NCBI RefSeq assembly: GCF_006345805.1
Contig: NC_043001.1
Location: forward strand, 16,740,001 to 16,804,000
Reading direction: 5' to 3'
DNA from: Octopus sinensis
Lineage: Eukaryota
Length of the DNA stretch: 64,000 bases
The notes beneath the pieces were generated by a model that had not been told where the DNA came from, searched no databases, and worked only from the letters and a program-made list of their open reading frames with translations. Position 1 is the stretch's first letter. Each line of letters starts with the position of its first letter. Made by a program: the position numbers and the translations under genes. This document shows, one piece after another, positions 26,814-41,032 of the stretch.

Positions 26814-27727
26814 ACACTTCTTAACGTAGGAAATTAGAAATTTTCGGAGAATAAATTAATGTTTTTTGCCTGTTAGCAAATGATCAAGTTAGCAAACATT
26901 ATCAATTGGTATTTCAGGACATAAATCACTCTTAGATGTTTTCTGTATGAAAAAAAAAAACAAAACAATAGCCAAGTTAGTCAAGAATGCATACTACTGT
27001 CACTCCTAGAATGGTTTTTTTCTTTTCTTTTCCGAGTATGCTATTTTGATGTTTGTTCCTTGAATTAAACATGTTAATACGGACTCAACTGTTGTTTTCC
27101 ATGCAGATGGCCTTGAAAAGTAATTTATTCTCCGAAAATAAAGAAATGATTTAATTTGTTAACCGAAACAAATATCATTGTCCGTTTTACCAATGTTAAT
27201 TCAACCATGAAATACTTAACTTCTTGAATTGATCTCCCCTTCTCTCTGAGATTTACTGACACTACTTGTATTGCGATTTACCTTCATCTAACGCAAAGGA
27301 TGTCTTAATGAATTTATTATTTATCATGAACAGCATTCATGAAACCCGTCGATTCTAATCTGCATTCATATGAATGGCCTTCTTGAATTAGTTTCTTAGG
27401 GCTTTCATTTATACATAACTACTGCATACAAATACATACCTACATACATACATGATGGCTGCCCCCTCGTTATCGAGTATGGCCATTGCACGAAGCTTAA
27501 CTGTTACTGATGCTATGATCGAATGTGACTTTTTAGCCCAGCTAAAGATCTACAATGTCTTGTACAGAATTGGCAGCTAAAACCTTTACCGGTAATAACC
27601 GGCTGTAGTTGTAACTGAGCTTCATGTACCTTTGCATGTCATTTAAGTCCTCCTGCCGAATTACACTCTCTTCCACATGCCTGACAGATATACATACATA
27701 CATACCTACTTACATACATACATACAT

Positions 27728-27975
27728 CTTTTTGAAAATCAAAGAGAAAGAAGGTAACTATGAAGATAACTGCTTCGAAACCTCCGGATTGCAAATTTAC
27801 ATTGATGCCAATAATAATTGAAGCACTTGGTTTTGTAAGTAAACGTCTGTCAGTCTGGATAAACTTGGATTTTCAGAAAAAGAAATAAACCAACAGATTT
27901 GCACATTACAAATACAATCTGTAAGCGAAACAGTAAAACTATGCAAAACTTTTCTCAGGTTAAAATGTGACATTG
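27728..27975 (+). mobile_element. RLE-type non-LTR retrotransposon C-terminal fragment
   Basis: Frameshifted KIKEKEGNY..LLRNL..PIIIEALGFV..LGFSEKEIN..LQIQSVSETVKLCKTF; homologs at 34050 and 47207. Confidence 0.6.
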
Positions 27976-28447
27976 ATTTCGTTACCGGCATTCCAAAGAT
28001 GGATATTTGTATCTTTATTAGAAACTAGCACCTTCATGTATGCATGGATATAAAGAGAAAGTGAGAGAGAGAGAGAGATACAGTACTATGCAAAATATAT
28101 TTTGGTGCGCTGCAGTTTTAGAACACTATTTAAGTATCTGGCAAATATGTATATAGTAATGTTTGAATGTCTTCAAGAAAAAAAAAAACAAAATGAAAAA
28201 AATTAAATATAAAGTGAAAACGTTTTATTCATATTTTTCTACACACAATTTTGACTACTAAAATGAGATAGGTAATTGATTCATATATATATAATATATA
28301 TATATATTAATATATAATATATATATATATAATATTATATATAACAATATATGAAAGTGGTATATAATATATATCACACATTTTTTTACAACACACTTAA
28401 ATATATTTATATATAATTTATATTATATATATATATATATATATATA

Positions 28448-28486
<39 letters not shown>

Positions 28487-28624
28487 AGGGCAAGCAACGG
28501 ATTGCTTAGCCACATACCGAAAAATTAGAAATAGCAGTCAAAGACCGCTTATTTCTATTTTCTACAATATAAACTCTCTCTCTCTCTCTCTCTCTATAAT
28601 ATATATATATATTATATATATATA

Positions 28625-29100
28625 ATTTCAACAATGAGGGCAAAATTAATTAATTATAATCAATTTCACCAAGTGTTCAGTATGCAAAGGGACCATTCAA
28701 GGCGAATTCAAATATTACATTATATAAAAGGGCTTAGTAAAATAAATTACTTTGCCGCATACTGAACTCATTAGAAATAGCAGCTAAAAAACTTTTTTAA
28801 AGCTATTTCTAATACTTAAAGAAAATCTCTCTCATATATGTGTTTGCTTAATTCAACTCACAAAGTTTGGGGGTAAGGACATCGAAAATCAAATGCTAAC
28901 GTTATGCGTACGTTCTCGAATAACCTTAGCATTTGATTTTCGATGTCCTTACCCCAAACTTTTGTGAGTTGAATTAAGCAAACACTATATATGAGAGAGA
29001 TTTTCTTTAAGTATTAGAAAAGCTTTAAAAAGTTTTTTAGCTGCTATTTCTAATGAGTTCAGTATGCGGCAAAGTAATTTATTTTACTAAGCCTTTTATA

Positions 29101-29102
<2 letters not shown>
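28625..29102. mobile_element. PLE-type fold-back element
   Basis: Arms ~28723-28899/28927-29102 plus tail 28625-28722; related fragment at 28485-28570; (TA)n flanks. Confidence 0.7.
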
Positions 29103-29154
<52 letters not shown>

Positions 29155-29352
29155 TGTAGAAATATGTTACAAATAGAAAATAGAAAATACACGTGGAAAT
29201 GTAAGAGGAAAATAAGAAAAATCAACGAAAATGCACATTGTAAATAAAAAAAGGAAAGGCATTTTATGAAAGGTAACGACAGATATATACTTTTACATAG
29301 ACTGAGGTAGTAATAAAAGTCATTATTATGAGATGATTAAAAAGTCAGAAAG

Positions 29353-29393
29353 CAAAGCATACCATGGTTTCGTCAAAGCTATTCATTGCTTTG
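29353..29393 (-). ncRNA. Variant hammerhead motif in the PLE 3' region
   Basis: caaagca-ATGAATA-gctttgac-GAAA-ccatgg-TA-tgctttg. Confidence 0.6.
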
Positions 29394-29546
29394 AATAAAC
29401 ACCGGCTAATAAACGGTGTCAGGTCTAATAGTTCCTGAAAAAAAAAGAATATTTGTAAGGGAGGTAAGTAGTTCTAGATTTCGATATAGAATTGTAATGT
29501 GAATGGTGTAGGGAGTGTATAGGGGTTAGTGGTTTTAATTGAATGG

Positions 29547-30624
29547 TTAGTGGTGTTCTGTATTAAGTTGTGTGTTCATATTTAGTTGAGGGAGATATTC
29601 ATTGATGAAAAATGCCTCTTTATTCAACCTTTGTTGCATTGTGGTGTTCTGTGAACATTGATAGAAAGGGAAGATTTGGAAATTAGGATTAAGATTCCTG
29701 GCACACCTTTCTATGTGTTGATTAACCTGTAACTGTCTGTATTGTGGGTGGCGGATTTGCTCTTTGTGAATGGTGGTTCTTCGACGGAGCGAAATTACTG
29801 TTTGTCCAATATAGCGGTTACCACATCCTAAGCATGTCATGACATAGATTAGATTTTCCGAGGCGCAGGTGAAATTTGATTTGAACTTAAATAATTCTCT
29901 TTGTTTGAAGTGAAATTCTGAACCCTCCAAAAGGTAGGGGCATGTTCCACTGTTAGTACGACCACATTTTTTTTACTTTTGGCTCTGTTGTTAGTGGATA
30001 TAGTCTTGCGCTGGTTAATATTTTTTTCAGTGGCTTCGGTTGCTTTTTGCTTTTTATAATTTTGTATGAGCTTAAAATTTCGTTCATTGTTTTGTCTGCT
30101 GTGAGGATGGGAAGATTTTGGGTGATAATGTTGAAGGCTTCGTTGTTTCTAGGGTTATGTGTGGAAATGTACGGGAGTATTTTTATGTCTGGTTTAGTAT
30201 TTCGGCTGATTTGCCTTAACATTTGTATATCTATTTCCTTAGCTCTTTTAATGCCTTCATTTATTAATGCGATTGGGTAACGTCTTTTAGTTAGTGTTGA
30301 TCTAAGTTCAAGGAGTCTTTGTTTACGAGTATATGTATCCGAAACTATGGTACAGATTATTTTCGCTAGATTAAAGGGTATATTATGTTTTTTGTGTTTG
30401 GGGTAGCAAGAGTTAAATAATAGGTATTGTTTAGAATCTGTGGGTTTATAAAAGATGTCTGTTTCTATGTGGTTGTTAACTATTTTAATTAACATGTCTA
30501 GAAAAGGGAGTTGTTTACTGTTGTGTTCCATAGTGAATTGTATATTGCTATGTATGTTAAGCATTATTTTGAAATCAAAGAGTTTATCCATGCTGTCTTT
30601 CCAAAGTATGAAGCAATCATCCAA
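29547..30624 (-). pseudogene. Disrupted PLE RT-thumb/GIY-YIG endonuclease ORF
   Basis: ORF pieces 29953-30624 and 29547-29930 separated by a frameshift. Confidence 0.85.
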
Positions 30625-30792
30625 ACTTCCGAAACAAGACGCGGCAGTAAACTTTTAATGTGATCTTCAGAGCATGACGAAGAATCAGTGAGAATGAGAT
30701 ATATGATTATGTATTTAAATGGCGGTGCCCCAGCATGGCCACGGCTCGTGAGTTGAAACTAGATGAAATAGATAAATGAAATAAAAATGAAA
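30625..30792 (+). mobile_element. LINE/SINE-type 3' terminal fragment
   Basis: GGCGGTGCCCCAGCATGGCCACGGCTCGTGAGTTGAAACTAGA then an A-rich tail; matches the 3' end of the 45314 LINE. Confidence 0.6.
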
Positions 30793-30890
30793 TATATGTA
30801 TGTGTGTGTGTGTGTGCGTGCGTACGTGCATGTTTGTATGTGTGAGTAAACATACATACATACATACATACACATATATATATGTGTCTA

Positions 30891-31380
30891 TACGGGGGTG
30901 TGTGGTTGTGTATAGAAGAATATATTAATAAAAGGAATTCCAACTTTGTCTGATTTTCACGTTTTATTTACAATCTTATAATGATATAATATATTATAAT
31001 ATAATATAATAAAATAAAATAAAATAATAGAATGTTAAATGTTCATTCTGATTGAACTAGTACTTTCATGCATTAAATTCTGCAATCTTCAGGTTCATGT
31101 AGTAGTGGTGACAGTCATGCTACACAATTTTTGACTGTAGCGAGATGGTTAAATCTGTGCCTTAAATACACCTGTGTAGGCTCCAGATTGCTAGGTTTTG
31201 CAAACTGTATTCTGACCAATCAGTGTGTAGCATCACTCAATTACTTAAGCTGATTGGTTTAGGCGTCACGCTTTGTTGAACCTGTCAAGAGTCCTGTATC
31301 TTAACCCTGGCCGAGGCAGCAATTGTTGGGCTATTTTTAGAAATGTTGTAAATAGCCTTTGTCAGGGATTTTTATATTTC
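30891..31380 (-). mobile_element. PLE-type pseudo-LTR with HHR (31053-31097)
   Basis: Near-identical to 19182-19360; upstream CCAAT motifs; right boundary uncertain. Confidence 0.7.
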
Positions 31381-32321
31381 AATTGTCATCATCATCATTG
31401 TCAGCACCTTAATTATTGTTGCTAGTGGTGATGGTGGTGTCAATAGAACTTTTAACCCTAAATAAGATAATTTTCCTGCTATCTTCATCTTGATCACCTT
31501 TAGTATTGTTGTTGTTGTTAGCAGTGCGATCTACCTCGGCAACTCGTGCATCCAAAATAAACTTCCTAACCATTAAGAAAGACAAAAAAGAATAATAAGC
31601 AATCTGATTGCCTGGAAATGGTATACTCAGACAAGTGTGAGAAAAATACCACTCTATTTTATATGTTTCTAAATATCCCATCTGCTGAAGAAGAAACACT
31701 ACAATTTTCTCCTCTTAAGAAAATTCGGGTGGACTGTAATTTTCTTTAATGCTTGTCAATCATGGGTAATTCTTGAGGTTTGAAATTATCTCCCTTTCTC
31801 ATTTGGTATTGGTCTAAATTCCCACTAAGCGATTTTTCTACACACTCTAGAAGCACAAATCCTTTTAATAAAACAAGAAGTTCTCGTTTGAGCTATTTAA
31901 TATATCCTTCTTCGTCTCCAATGTTCAAATACACATCACAGGCCGCTGAGTTATTTCTCAACTCATTTATTTTTATTTCTGTGGCCATGCGTATGTATGT
32001 GTGTGCGTGTGTGTGCATACATATAAACATACGCACACACACGCATATATACATGTATGTATGTGTGAATATACATATACATATACTTATATATTTGTAT
32101 ATATTTACACATTCATATATATATATAGACATATATATCAAGCAATATTTACGAACAAATCTTTTTACTTTAAATAATAATAATTTATATAGACATATAT
32201 GTATATGTGTGGGTGCGTGTACATAAAAATATACATGTTTATATGCGTCCATATATACCCTCACGTACATAACAAAAATATGCATACATACATATATGTG
32301 TATATACATCTATCTATCTAC

Positions 32322-32418
<97 letters not shown>

Positions 32419-32457
32419 ATCTATCTATCATCTATCTATCTGTCTATCTATATATAT

Positions 32458-32507
<50 letters not shown>

Positions 32508-33014
32508 GCATATTGATTAGATTTAAGAAGACCAGAACTAATCAAGCTTCACACACTTTTAACAACCGAAATTTTTCTGCATTTCTGTTTTTTTTATCGC
32601 TTATATTGCCGCAGTGAGACTTATCACGTATTTAATGAGCATATCGAATACGATTTCCTTATGCAGATTTATTTAAAACTACTCTGTGTTGGTCCTTTTG
32701 ATATTAAATCCTGTTCGTCAATATTTATCTGTATTAAATTTTCCTAAACAAGTAATACTTTGTTTGCAATATTCAAAAGAATAAATATTCTCTTCAGGTT
32801 TTGGCAGTTGACAAGTTTGGTGAGCAATCCCATCCCTGATGAGTCATAAGGAAACGGTGTTGGTAATTTTTTATACATGCACGCATACACACACACACAT
32901 AATACACACATACATACATGCATACATACATACATACATACATACATACATACATACATACATACATACATACATACATACATACATACATACATACATA
33001 CATACATGTATGTA

Positions 33015-33420
33015 TGCAGGAGTGGCTGTGTGGTAAGTAGCTTGTTTACCAACCTCATGCTTCTGGGTTCAGTCCCACTGCGTGGCACCTTGGGCAAGTG
33101 TCTTCTACTATAGCCTCGGGCCGACCAATGCCTTGTGAGTGGATTTGGTTGACGGAAGCTGAAAGAAGCCCGTCGTATATATGTATATATATATATGCGT
33201 GTGTGTATTTGTGTGTGTCCCGCTATCATTGCTTGACAACCGATGCTGGTGTGTTTATGTCCCCGTTACTTAGCGGTTCGGCAAAAGAGACCGATAGAAT
33301 AAGTACTGGGCTTACAAAAGAATAAGTCCCGGGGTCGAGTTGCTCGATTAAAGGCGGTGCTCCAGCATGGCCGCAGTCAAATGACTGAAACAAGTAAAAG
33401 AGTAAAAAGAGTAAAGAGTA
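33015..33420 (+). mobile_element. SINE family B
   Basis: GCAGGAGTGGCTGTGTGGTAAG..GGGTTCAGTCCC..CTTGGGCAAGTG; (AAAGAGTA)n-type tail. Confidence 0.9.
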
Positions 33421-33790
33421 TACATACATACAGAAAGAAAGAAAGACAGACAAACAGATAGACAGAAAGACTGACAGACAAACAGACTATTTTGCATGCT
33501 ATCTGCAAGAAGGACAGCCGTGATCTATAAATTAAAGGCGGAACCAGCAGGTATTCGTACTTTTAAAAAACAAGGTATACTGGTGGAACACCCCAACAAA
33601 AGCGTCAGTTCTATGAAAGCATATCAGATCAGATAATGTTCCGAGGAGCAGGGTATAAAAATCCTGCAGAGACAAACTGCACAGCGGATGTGAATGTACA
33701 ATAAAAAATCATGAAAAAGAGAACATTTAAGGCGAGTTAATGCAGAACTTACTGCTCTTGTACTGTGACTATGAATTAACGCTTATATCT

Positions 33791-34031
33791 ATTTCTTTGC
33801 TACCCACAAGGGGCTAAACACAGAGGAGACAAACAAGGACAAACAAGGACAGACAAAGGGATTAAGGCGATTACATCGACACCAATGCGTAACTGGTACT
33901 TATTTTATCGACCCCGAAAGGATGAAAGGCAAAGTCGACCTCGGCGGAATTTGAACTCAGAACGTAACGGCAGACGAAATACGGCTATGCATTTCGCCCG
34001 GCGTGCTAACGATTCTGCCAGTTCGCCGCCT
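33791..34031 (-). mobile_element. SINE family A
   Basis: Head GGCGGCGAACTGGCAGAATCGTTAGC; flanking direct repeat ACGCTTATATC. Confidence 0.85.
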
Positions 34032-34049
34032 ACATATTGACGCTTATAT

Positions 34050-34345
34050 CGATCATCATTGGTACCTTAGGCTATCCACCAAGAAATTTTCACAAAAACC
34101 TAGAAACAATTGATTTCACAGAGATAGAGCTAAAGAAACTGATGCGAGTTCTCCAATTCCAATCCATCAGTGGCACAGTAAAGACTTGTAAGACATTCCA
34201 AACATACTTCATGTGAGATTCTTATGTGAATAGATGCACACACCAAGTCAACCACATATTTACAACACAAAAAATCTTGTCGCTTTGTTAGCGACCGATT
34301 TGAACTCTCTCAAGAAGAACTTAAATTAAACACGAAGAAAATTCA
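34050..34345 (+). mobile_element. RLE-type non-LTR 3' fragment
   Basis: IIIGTLGY..LQFQSISGTVKTCKTF; homolog of 27728. Confidence 0.6.
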
Positions 34346-34351
34346 CATATA

Positions 34352-34697
34352 CTCTATTACTCTTTTACTTGTTTCAGTCATTTGATCGAGCAACTTGACC
34401 CCGGGACTTATTCTTTGTAAGCCCATCGATCTCTTTTGCCGAACCGCTAAGTAACGGGGACATAAATACACCAGCATCGGTTGTCGAGCAATGCTAGGGA
34501 GACAGACACACAAACACACATATATACATATATACGACAGGCTTCTTTCAGTTTCCGTCTATCAAATCCACTCACAAGGCTTTGGTCGGCCCGAGGCTAT
34601 AGTAGAAGACACTTGCCCAAGGTGCCACGCAGTGGGACTGAACCCGGAACCATGTGATTGGTAAACAAGCTACTTACCACACAGCCACTCCTGCGCC
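34352..34697 (-). mobile_element. SINE family B
   Basis: Homology to 33015. Confidence 0.85.
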
Positions 34698-34729
34698 TTA
34701 TATATATATATATGTATGTATGTATATAA

Positions 34730-34950
34730 AGGGAAAGTTTACGAAAATAAACAAAAGACGAAAGCAGGTGGAGTACAAACAAACAAATGTATTAGTATAG
34801 CGCTCAGGAATAGAAATAGAAAAAGTCTTTTACGTTTCGAGCCTACGCTCTTCGACAGAAAGATACACAGAAAAAAATAAGAAGAGAAAAAAATGCGTGT
34901 AGGAGCTAATGATCTATCATGGCGTCCTGACTTCGGTGGCTTATTTTGTT
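34730..34950 (-). mobile_element. HHR-bearing PLE-type 3' end (HHR 34826-34863)
   Basis: tcttt-CTGTCGA-a gagc gtag gctc-GAAA-cg-TA-aaaga. Confidence 0.75.
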
Positions 34951-35010
34951 TATATATATATACGCGTGTGTGTATATACGCACACACACATACACACACA
35001 CACACACACG

Positions 35011-35089
<79 letters not shown>

Positions 35090-35726
35090 CATTTATATAT
35101 ACCTCCTCTCCCCATACACTACTGTGTGGTATGATTTTCAGCATGTACTAAGACACTCAATCATGCTAAGAGAGTAAAGATATTAACAAAATATAAAAAC
35201 CACAAAAATCCTTGTGAAATGCAATTTCCCAGGGTTTTCTGTCCGAAATAGTGATTTATTTCGCTATTTATCACTATGGTAAAAATAACGAAAAAGTTTA
35301 TTAATTGCGTCCGATGCAATTGTCATTTGAATGAGTACGTGTATTTACAAAAACGAGAGAGAGAAGCTCAGGAGAGATAACCAACTTCATCATAAATATG
35401 ACCAGTAACTTGCTAATATAAAAAAATGCATAAAGTAACACTGGAATGGTCTATGGTGTGCTCGGTGGTTTATCCTTAATTCCTGCTAAGCTATATTTTA
35501 TACGATGCGGACATGAAGCAAAAACCTCGCTTCTGATATTTACACAGTCACTAGAGATTCTTAAATTATTTTTAAAGGCGATGCTCCATCATGGCTACAG
35601 TCAAATGACTGAAACAATTAGAAGAATAACATATCTCTTCAAGCGAGTATCTTTTTCGACCCGTCATTATAAAGTTTTGTATAAAAAGGGATCTTCCATT
35701 TGATCCTGTAGCTGACGTGCTGGCCC

Positions 35727-35945
35727 TTAAGTTTCCAGATTAATGCTGATAGGTTGTTGCACGTCTCTTCTCGGGTTGTCTAAAATTTGAAAGATGGTTG
35801 TGCTATCTGAATTTAAATTTTCTTTTTGCAGAACCAGTATAACGCGTGCCTTCCATAGAGGACATTTAGAATTATGTCTGAATGTTCGTCTTGGACAGGT
35901 CTGAGTCATCGGTTGTTTATCGATATAGACGTTTACATTAGGGAT
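35727..35945 (-). mobile_element. Deleted PLE GIY-YIG fragment
   Basis: Reverse complement aligns with 20120-20405 with an internal deletion. Confidence 0.6.
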
Positions 35946-37223
35946 AAAACTGTGATTTTAATCGTATACCTATTAAGTATCTTTCTATACATATGGTTAC
36001 GGGGAAAGTGATTATCTAATGTGTAAGAATCATCAGTTTATATCCATCCTAAATACCAACGAAAAGTAACACTTGTGAACTATTCGACATAAGTAATTAG
36101 GCTTTTGTTTTAAGTTTGCTACTTATTCTATCGGTTTCATTTACTTAACTATTAAGTCACGGGATTATTAGCAAACCAGCGGGAGCGGTGTAGGTGAGAA
36201 GCCCAAACACAAAGACATACATGGATGCACATATCTCTATACACATACACGCACAAATCTTTATATACAGTTTCCATCTATCAAGCTCACTCACAAAGCC
36301 TGTCAGGCCTGTTAGGGGCTAAAATAAAAGACACTTGCCTAAGGTGCCGCGCAGGGCACTGAAACTAAAACCACGCATTTGCAAAGGGAACTTCTTAAAC
36401 ACGGAGCCACGCCCGCGCCTATAACTCGTCGCTAGAGAACAACGTTTCTTTTAGAATGATTGAGCTTATATAGCGCATTCGATTCATTAGCACAATGGAT
36501 TCTAAGACGTTCGTTTTTTTCGACTTTGTTGTGTGTATTTAACCAGAAGCACTCCTCAACTCATTTTAACGGATCTCAACAACCGAACCTCTATGCAGCT
36601 GTACGAATTGCCCAGGACACCTCCCTAAAATTGCTCACAACAGTCTTAAAAAAAAGGAAGTACATATTTTCTAATGTAGCTAAAGTATACACTATGTTTT
36701 AATAAAAGATGGGAAGGCCACGGCTGTAATGCATTTGATCATAGGTTACTCAATTAGGTTCGACTTGGGAGGTAAGCAATAACAATTACACTCACAACCT
36801 TAGCAGCAGCAGCAGCAACAACAACAACAACAACGGTTTCTATGATGTCATACATTGTCAACTCCTAGAATAGTTTTCTAATAAAATCTCACATTTACGT
36901 CAACAGCTGGAAATGTTCTGCGTATGTTAATGGTTTCTATAGCAAAGAAATTCTATATAAGTAAGTTTTCAGACTTTAGCGATCAAAGGTTGAATTATCA
37001 GGTCAAGCTAAAAATGATTTCTTTTCTAGAATATTTTCTAACATCAAACATCAACAGGAAATTGGATAATGGTCATGATTTGTCTGGGTGGGAATTATTT
37101 ATACGTCAGTATATTGTTTCAAAGAATTCAGAATGGTCTAGAACTTCTTATACGTAATCCGAAAGGAAACTTAGCACATATTGGTTAATTATTTTTCTTT
37201 CGAAATTATTTTGTAAACAAATA

Positions 37224-37625
37224 GGCGACTAGCTGGCAGAGTCGTTAAGCGCATCGGACAAAAGAACTTAGAAATGCTTTCTCTTGACGTTCTGAGCTCA
37301 AAATCCCACCGATGTCGAATTTACTTTTTACCCTTTCATGATCAATAAAATATGTTAGTTAGTTAGTTAGTTAGTTAGTTAATTTGGCTCAAAAGCAAAT
37401 AGCAAGGCCATGTAGGGGGACATATAGTTAAGTACAGGGTGGTGTTCATGTAAAGAGTTCAGGCCACTTGAGGTCAAGGGAGGCTTTGAACAAAGCGGTC
37501 GTCGGCATCTTCACCATCTCGTCTGGCGGCTTGTTCCACGGATCCGCAAGTACGAGTTGAGTACTGGAGTAGATATAATCGATTTCACTTCCCTCCAAAA
37601 TTGCTGGACTTGTACAAAAGATTAT
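37224..37625 (+). mobile_element. Old SINE family A interrupted by a CR1-like 3' end (37354-37549, minus)
   Basis: Insert encodes ADPWNKPPDEMVKMPTTALFKASLDLKWPELF and has a (TAAC)n tail. Confidence 0.75.
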
Positions 37626-37630
37626 AAACG

Positions 37631-37700
<70 letters not shown>

Positions 37701-37715
37701 CATTATTATTATTAT

Positions 37716-38123
37716 GGGTTTTTCTTCTTCTTTCAAATTTGCTTCCATTTCTTGCCGAGTGTCTTCCCGACTCCTAGGGCAAAGAAACTCATAGTATACA
37801 TTGGTAGGCCATTAAACTAAACTCACTAGTTCGTTCATTTTTTTTAAAATAGAAATAAAGTTAAATTAAAATACAAGGGTAGTAATAGTTCTCACATCGA
37901 CAATGCTCTTCTCAATACGCCTGATGTACCAGTTAAAACAATCTTTTGCACTTTTTGTAGGAATGGTAAGCCAGGGATCATTCTCATATAAGTTTCGGTT
38001 CCCTTCTTGATCATTCCTAGTGCTCCTGCGATCACTGGTATTGTAACCGCCTTGAGATGCCACATTTTCTCAATTTCAATGAGCAAGTCTTTATATTTTC
38101 TGAGCTTGTCAAATTCTTTCGCC

Positions 38124-38124
<1 letters not shown>
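37716..38124 (-). mobile_element. R4/Dong-like RLE retrotransposon 3' end in (TAA)n
   Basis: KEFDKLRKYKDLLIEIEKMW..IPVIAGALGMI..QKIVLTGTSGVLRRALSM*; (TAT)n on both flanks. Confidence 0.8.
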
Positions 38125-38188
<64 letters not shown>

Positions 38189-38663
38189 TCATACATATAC
38201 TGAACTTGTTTCTGTGTCATTAATGCGCCAAACTGTTCACTTCACGTGAAGTAGGGTGATTCTTTCTTTTAAAGCTTCGAGAACTTTCCGGAGAATCTTT
38301 ACACTGTCAATTAATGCTGTTTTATGGATATATTCTACTTCCTTTCAATCCCTATTTTTTCTCGTCTTTTGGCTCATCTTTCAAACTCAAATTCCCATGC
38401 CTGAAGCAAGAAAACCCTCTCCTGCAACTTCTTTCACTTATTACATCATCTCCATAAACTCTCTGAAGAGACTTTGCTGGTGTGCTTGCATTGTCACCTT
38501 TATGAAACCCATATAGTAAGACGTCTAATGTGATCTTTAGATGGGACGAACAGGGGTGAGAATATAGCTAAAGATTATGGCCAATACAATTAGAATCTGA
38601 AAGAAAAATGTATAAATTACTCATTGGGACATTCGTAAAACATTGCAAGAGGCAACCTGATAT

Positions 38664-38947
38664 ATATACTAATACATCTGTTTGCTTTGTACACCACCTG
38701 TCTTCGTGTTTTCTTTTTCGTAAACTCTCCTATATATATATATATATATATATATAGGGAGAATTCACACAAAAAAAAACAAAAGACGAAAACGGGTAGT
38801 GTAGACAACAAACAGATGTATTAGTATAACGCTTGGGAAGTGAAAAAGTCTTTAACTTTTAGAGCCCACGCTCTTCCACAGAAAGTAACACTGAAACAAG
38901 GAGAAAAAATAAAGAATGTGTAGTGGCTAGCCATCTATCATGGCGAA
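38664..38947. mobile_element. Two convergent PLE-type 3' ends around one (TA)n
   Basis: 38664-38730 (+) and 38757-38947 (-) of the 9356 family; decayed HHR at 38849-38885. Confidence 0.7.
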
Positions 38948-40240
38948 TCATAATAATATTAAAACTCTGGAGATGTTTGTGTGTACCCGAAACATCTCAG
39001 AAATAGTATAGTTTTTTTCATTTTTTTGCATATTTATTTTCGTACTTACTTTCGACATTGCGGGATAAATGTTTTGATATTTGGACCTCTATTTATTAAT
39101 GAAAACGATTAAACACAATTTTTGTATGTTATTTCTTTTGTGACGTCAACCTACATACGCACATACAGAATACCCACACATGCAACGAATGTCATGGCGT
39201 GTCAATCAACACAAACACACGTCCGCTATCTGTGATATATACACATACATAGTTTTCGAGCTCTCCAAGAAAAAAGAAAGAGTCGACTTTTTGACGTACA
39301 CAATATTTTAATAATTTAGAAATATTTTGATTGAATGTGATTTCAAAACTGTAAGTTGTTTGTACAGTAAATATTCACATTTTAGGTTTCTTTAAACAGG
39401 CAATATTTAATTTCCGTAAAAAATATTTATCGATTTACTTTCGTTTTAAAGTGAAAGAGAAGAGAAAGTGGAAGATATATGTACATGTATATGAAATGGA
39501 CGTGTGTGTGTGAAAGAGAGAGAAGGAAAGAGGGAGGAAGAGAGAGAAAGGAAGAGAGAGCGAAAAAGAGAGTGAGAAAAGAGGGAGAGAGTGTGTACGT
39601 ATGTACGTGTGCAAGTGTGCGTGTGTGTGTGAGAGAGAGAGAGAGAGAGAAAGAAAGAGAGTGAGTGAGTGAACGTGTGTCTTCTCATTTATGTGTAAGT
39701 GGAACTTACTCTCTCTATCAGTCTCTCTCTCACTCTCTCACACACACACGTCTATTTCATATACACGTTCATATGTCTTTCACTTTCTCCTCTCTTTCAC
39801 TTTAAAACAAAGTAAATAAATAAAATAATTTTTACAGGAATTAATGAACAAAACCAACTGATCTGGATGACAGTTCTGAGAGGCAAAGCGAAAGATCGGC
39901 CCAAGGGAATACCATTACACAACTTTTTTCGAATGCATTCAACGTATCTCAGCTGCAAAAATTTGGCTGCTATTTCTAGCACACCCTGCTATCTCGTAAC
40001 AACTATTTGCGATAAACGACCCGAAATATCTGTTCCGTGGTAGCAAGACGTGCAAGAAGTAGCAGCCAAACTTTCCTTTCCTGGGGAAAGGAGCCGTTTA
40101 CGCGTGATTTCGATATCACATTCGTTGATAGCATGCGAAATAACCTGGAAAGGAAAAAATTCACGAAACAAAATTCCGTTGCCGGGAAACTCAGAGTTTC
40201 CAGGTGACTCGACGGGTCACGGCTAGTCTAGCATATATAT

Positions 40241-40284
<44 letters not shown>

Positions 40285-41032
40285 CGTTTTCGCGCGCGCG
40301 TGCACACACACATACGACAGGCTTCTTCCAGTTTCTGTCCATCAAATCTACTCACAAGGATGCGGTGGGCCCTAGACTATAAAAGAAAGCATTTGCCCAC
40401 GATAGCAATTAGTGGGACTGAACCTGGAACTATATGGTTGGAAACCGCACTTCTTACCACACAACCACGCTTTCCCTTCTTCGCAATTTATACGCTTACA
40501 CAAACACACGAATTCGAGAAAACATGCATTCTAATAGTTTCTCACCTATCATCTCACCTGACAGGTGTATCCTTCCTGCTGAAAGAGAAATCCTTTCAGT
40601 GGCAATACTTCCGTCAGTTACGCCTTGGACAAGTTACTTATGTTCTGTCTCTTCCTCGAAGCATTCAAATCTGAATCTACTGAGAGACATCGATGAATAT
40701 TAATTACTGTCTGTTCCTAGAGTTGTGTTGATTTTCGCTCCTGACAACTTTTGGATTTATCATCAAGCACTGCTACATTTTAACAGGTTAAACTGTGTCA
40801 ATTTTATTTTCATTCATTCTTTCATTCATCCTTTCATTCCTTTTATCTTTATTCCTTTCTTTCTTTTTGTCTGTCTGTCTCTGTATATATATATATACGT
40901 ATACACACACACCACACACACACATATATTATATATACTATATAGATATATATATATATATATATTATATATAATATATATATATATATTTATATATATA
41001 TATATATACGTATACATACATGCCTGTATATA

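Larger units (their letters stand above)
29154..30624 (-). mobile_element. 5'-truncated Penelope-like retroelement (RT C-terminus, GIY-YIG, pseudo-LTR)
   Basis: DDCF..IQFTME..LPFLD..YKPTDSKQYL and NLIYVMTCLGCGNRYIGQT..HK..E motifs; 3' end on (TA)n. Confidence 0.92.

Noticed and set aside
32831-32865. CTGATGAGTCATAAGGAAACGG hammerhead-like text; similar weak cases at 12305, 13500 and 22590
   Set aside because: Stem II/III or the NUH site is not satisfied, so not counted as HHRs
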